From an uncultured Methanomassiliicoccales archaeon (GTDB taxonomy: Archaea > Thermoplasmatota > Thermoplasmata > Methanomassiliicoccales > UBA472), in the NCBI GenBank assembly GCA_963695345.1, contig OY968769.1, positions 672,001 to 736,000 on the forward strand: a stretch of 64,000 nucleotides of DNA, given 5' to 3'. The position numbers and the translations under genes were made by a program. Below the pieces are notes generated by a model, which saw only the letters and a list, made by a program, of their open reading frames with translations, made no database searches and was not told where the DNA came from. This document shows, piece by piece, positions 61,701-64,000 of this stretch. How positions within the stretch are numbered: position 1 is the stretch's first letter; each line of letters begins with the position of its first letter.

Positions 61701-64000
61701 TGAAGTTCAGCCAGGCATAAGCGGAATTGCCTACATTGTCATATGAACGGATGCCGACCAGGTGCACCCCGTCGCTCAGACCGGCGAACTCGTGACTCAG
61801 CGAGCCGGCCCTTACCGACCAGGCGAGGCCGTCGATGCTGTACTGGTAATCGAGAACACCGGACGCGCTGTCGGTGGCGGACCATGTCACGGTCATCGAT
61901 GATACGTTGGTGATCGCGTCATCCGCCGGGGATGATATCGTGATCGCTGGGGCGGTCAGGTCGACGGTGAAGGTCACGCTGACGGTATTGTAGTTCAGCG
62001 CGTAGTCCGTCACCAGGACGGTGACGGTGTGACTGCCTTCGCCCAACCCGGTGAAGGTGTGGCTCAGGCCCATCCCGGTGCCTGTCCAGGAGGCCCCGTC
62101 CAAGGAGTAAGCGTATCCCATTATGCCTGATGTCGCATCGCTTCCGTTCCAGAAGGCGGTGACCGCGGTGCTGCCGGTGAACCATCCTTCCGTCGGGTGG
62201 CTTATTGCCAGCGCCGGCACGACCGTGTCGACGATGCAATGGAACACGGCGGTCTCAGAGTTGTCAGTGTTGTCGAAGGCCTTGATGTAGACCGTATGCG
62301 GACCGTCGGCCAGACCGGTGAAGTCGTGGGTCAGGCCCAGGGACAGAGCGGAATAGGAACCGGTGTCTATCTTGTACTGGTATCCCTTGATGCCGGAGGT
62401 GGCGTCGCTGCCGGTCCAGAACACCGAGACGGTGGTGGAGTTGGTGTTGAGGCCTTCCATCGGTCCGGTGATCGTTAGGATCGGTGGGACAGTGTCGACG
62501 TTGAACGTCACCGACGTCTCGAAGTCGTTACCGGCCAGGTCGATGGCACGGACGTCCACCGTGTGGTTCCCGTTCACGACCGTGGTGAAGATGTACGTCA
62601 ATGCATCGGAGATCGAAGACCAGCCCTGCCCGTCGATACGATATTGGTATCCGAGGATGCCGGAGCCGGAATCGCTGCCTTCCCAGTCGACGCGGACGTC
62701 GAACGAGTCGGAATAGAACCCGGGGGCAGGTGCGGTGATGGTTACGGTCGGATCGATGGTGTCGACCCGGAACGTCACCGATGTCGTGGCGGTGTTGTCC
62801 ACCAGGTCGAACGCCTTCAGGTAGACGGTGTGGATGCCGTCGGCCAATGAGGCGAAGTCGTGGGTGACCGCACCGGTCATCGCAGACCAATCCTCGCCGT
62901 CCACATGATACTCGTATCCCTTGATGGCGGTGATGACGTCGTTTCCGTTCCAGCTGACCGTAACCGTCGAGGAGCTCGAGTTGTAATTGGCCTCGGGCGT
63001 GGTAATGGCGACGATCGGGTCGGACGTATCCAGGGTGAGGTTGACGGACGCGATGGCGAAGTTGTTGGACCGGTCGGTGGCCTTCACCTCGATGATGTGT
63101 CCGCCGTCGGTCTGGCCATTGAAGATGTGCGTCAGGCCCATCGCCGATGTCGACCATGAACCGCCGTCGATGCGGTACTGGTAGCCGGCGATGCCGGAGG
63201 TGGCGTCGGAACCGTTCCAGGTGACATCGATGGATGTGACCAGTGCGTCCTCCGACGGTATATTTATCGTTACTATGGGCGCAGTGACATCGACCACGAA
63301 TGTGACCGAGGCAACCCTCAGGTTATCCGCCAGGTCGAACGCCCGGACAAGGATCGTGTGCGACCCGTCGGCGACACCGTTGAACACGTGGGTGAGGTCC
63401 GTGGACCTGACCGACCACTCGCCGCCGTCGATGCTGCACTGGTAGCCTGAAACGGCGGTCGTCGCATCGGAGGCGGACCATGACGCGGTGACCGACGAGG
63501 AACCCAGGTAAGCCGCGCTTGCTGGCGCTGTGATGTCTAGCACAGGCGCTACATCGTCAATGGTGACGTTCACGCTCCGGAAAGCGGTCCTTCCGGCCAT
63601 ATCGATGGCCTTGACGTCGACGCGATGGGCGCCGTTGGACAGTCCGCTGAACGTGTGGCTCAAGCCACCTGCGGTGGCCGTGTACCCGCCGTTGTCGATC
63701 TGGTACTGGTAGCCGGCGATTCCGGAGGTGGCGTCGGATCCGTTCCAGTAGACGGTGACGGAGGTGGAGTTCGTCAGGTAGAGGTTCGCCGGGTTATCGA
63801 TGGACCAGCGTCGGGTTGACCGTATCCACCATGAACGAGACGGACCGGGTCTGGACGTTGTTCGCGTTATCGAAGCAGCGCACCTCCACGGTGTGTGTCC
63901 CTTCCGCCAGTCCGACGAAGGTGTTGCTGACGGTTTCATATGTTATCGAGGACCAAGCCTGACCGTCGATGCTGTAGGAGCAGCCCTGGATGCCGGAGTT
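55783..64000 (-). CDS. Giant cell-surface protein with ~89-aa Ig-like repeats and C-terminal TM anchor; 5' end outside the window; apparent frameshifts near 63805, 60730, 60115
   Basis: More than 25 repeats of VDTxxPxxxIxxP..WxGxDxxSGIxGYxYxxDGGxW..HTxxVxAxDxAGN, then Big_5-like and CarboxypepD_reg-like domains and TM WAIWGWILGAVAASLLVVLLAIA. Confidence 0.9.
60770..62775 (-). repeat. Near-identical intragenic duplication, offset 1335 bp
   Basis: gaacgagtcggaatagaacccgggggcaggtgcgg at 61366 and 62701; ~60770-61440 matches ~62105-62775. Confidence 0.85.

Noticed and set aside
1-64000. CRISPR arrays, tRNA/rRNA genes, transposases, integrases
   Set aside because: None recognised by eye; a tRNAscan or CRISPR scan was not possible.

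Overview
Archaeal window, probably Thermoplasmatota/Methanomassiliicoccales (inferred from gene content and gene order). In order it holds: the exosome/ribosome/RNAP cluster (rrp42-rpl37ae-rpoP-pcc1-pfdB-DHH), tyrS, a GSI-beta-type glnA, a GGR-family reductase pair and a Nox/CoADR-family flavoprotein. Next comes an archaellum locus (four tandem flaB/arlB, then flaC/D/E-like, F, G, H, I, J), followed by ppa, a CPA2 antiporter, secG, class I lysS and top6AB. The second half has a DRG GTPase, pepF, three REC-PAS/GAF-HK hybrid kinases, a PstS-like/HAMP-only/small-protein module and the 3' 8 kb of a giant Ig-repeat surface protein. The strongest unexplained signal lies upstream of the four archaellin genes. 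Each has the same cis module: a TATCA-N4-TGATA-like inverted repeat 13-14 bp upstream of a TATA box, then a ~105-nt conserved structured 5' leader with pairing-preserving changes and a possible pseudoknot, while the flanking spacers have diverged. This is a candidate undescribed regulatory RNA plus operator system for archaellins. Other leads are a three-hairpin glnA leader, a four-hairpin orphan RNA candidate at 55.6 kb, an Af1503/STAC-like receptor module with a degenerate PstS, and an apparent ACG start for rpoP. About 12 frameshifts, several in essential genes, suggest sequencing indel errors, so single-base claims need read validation.
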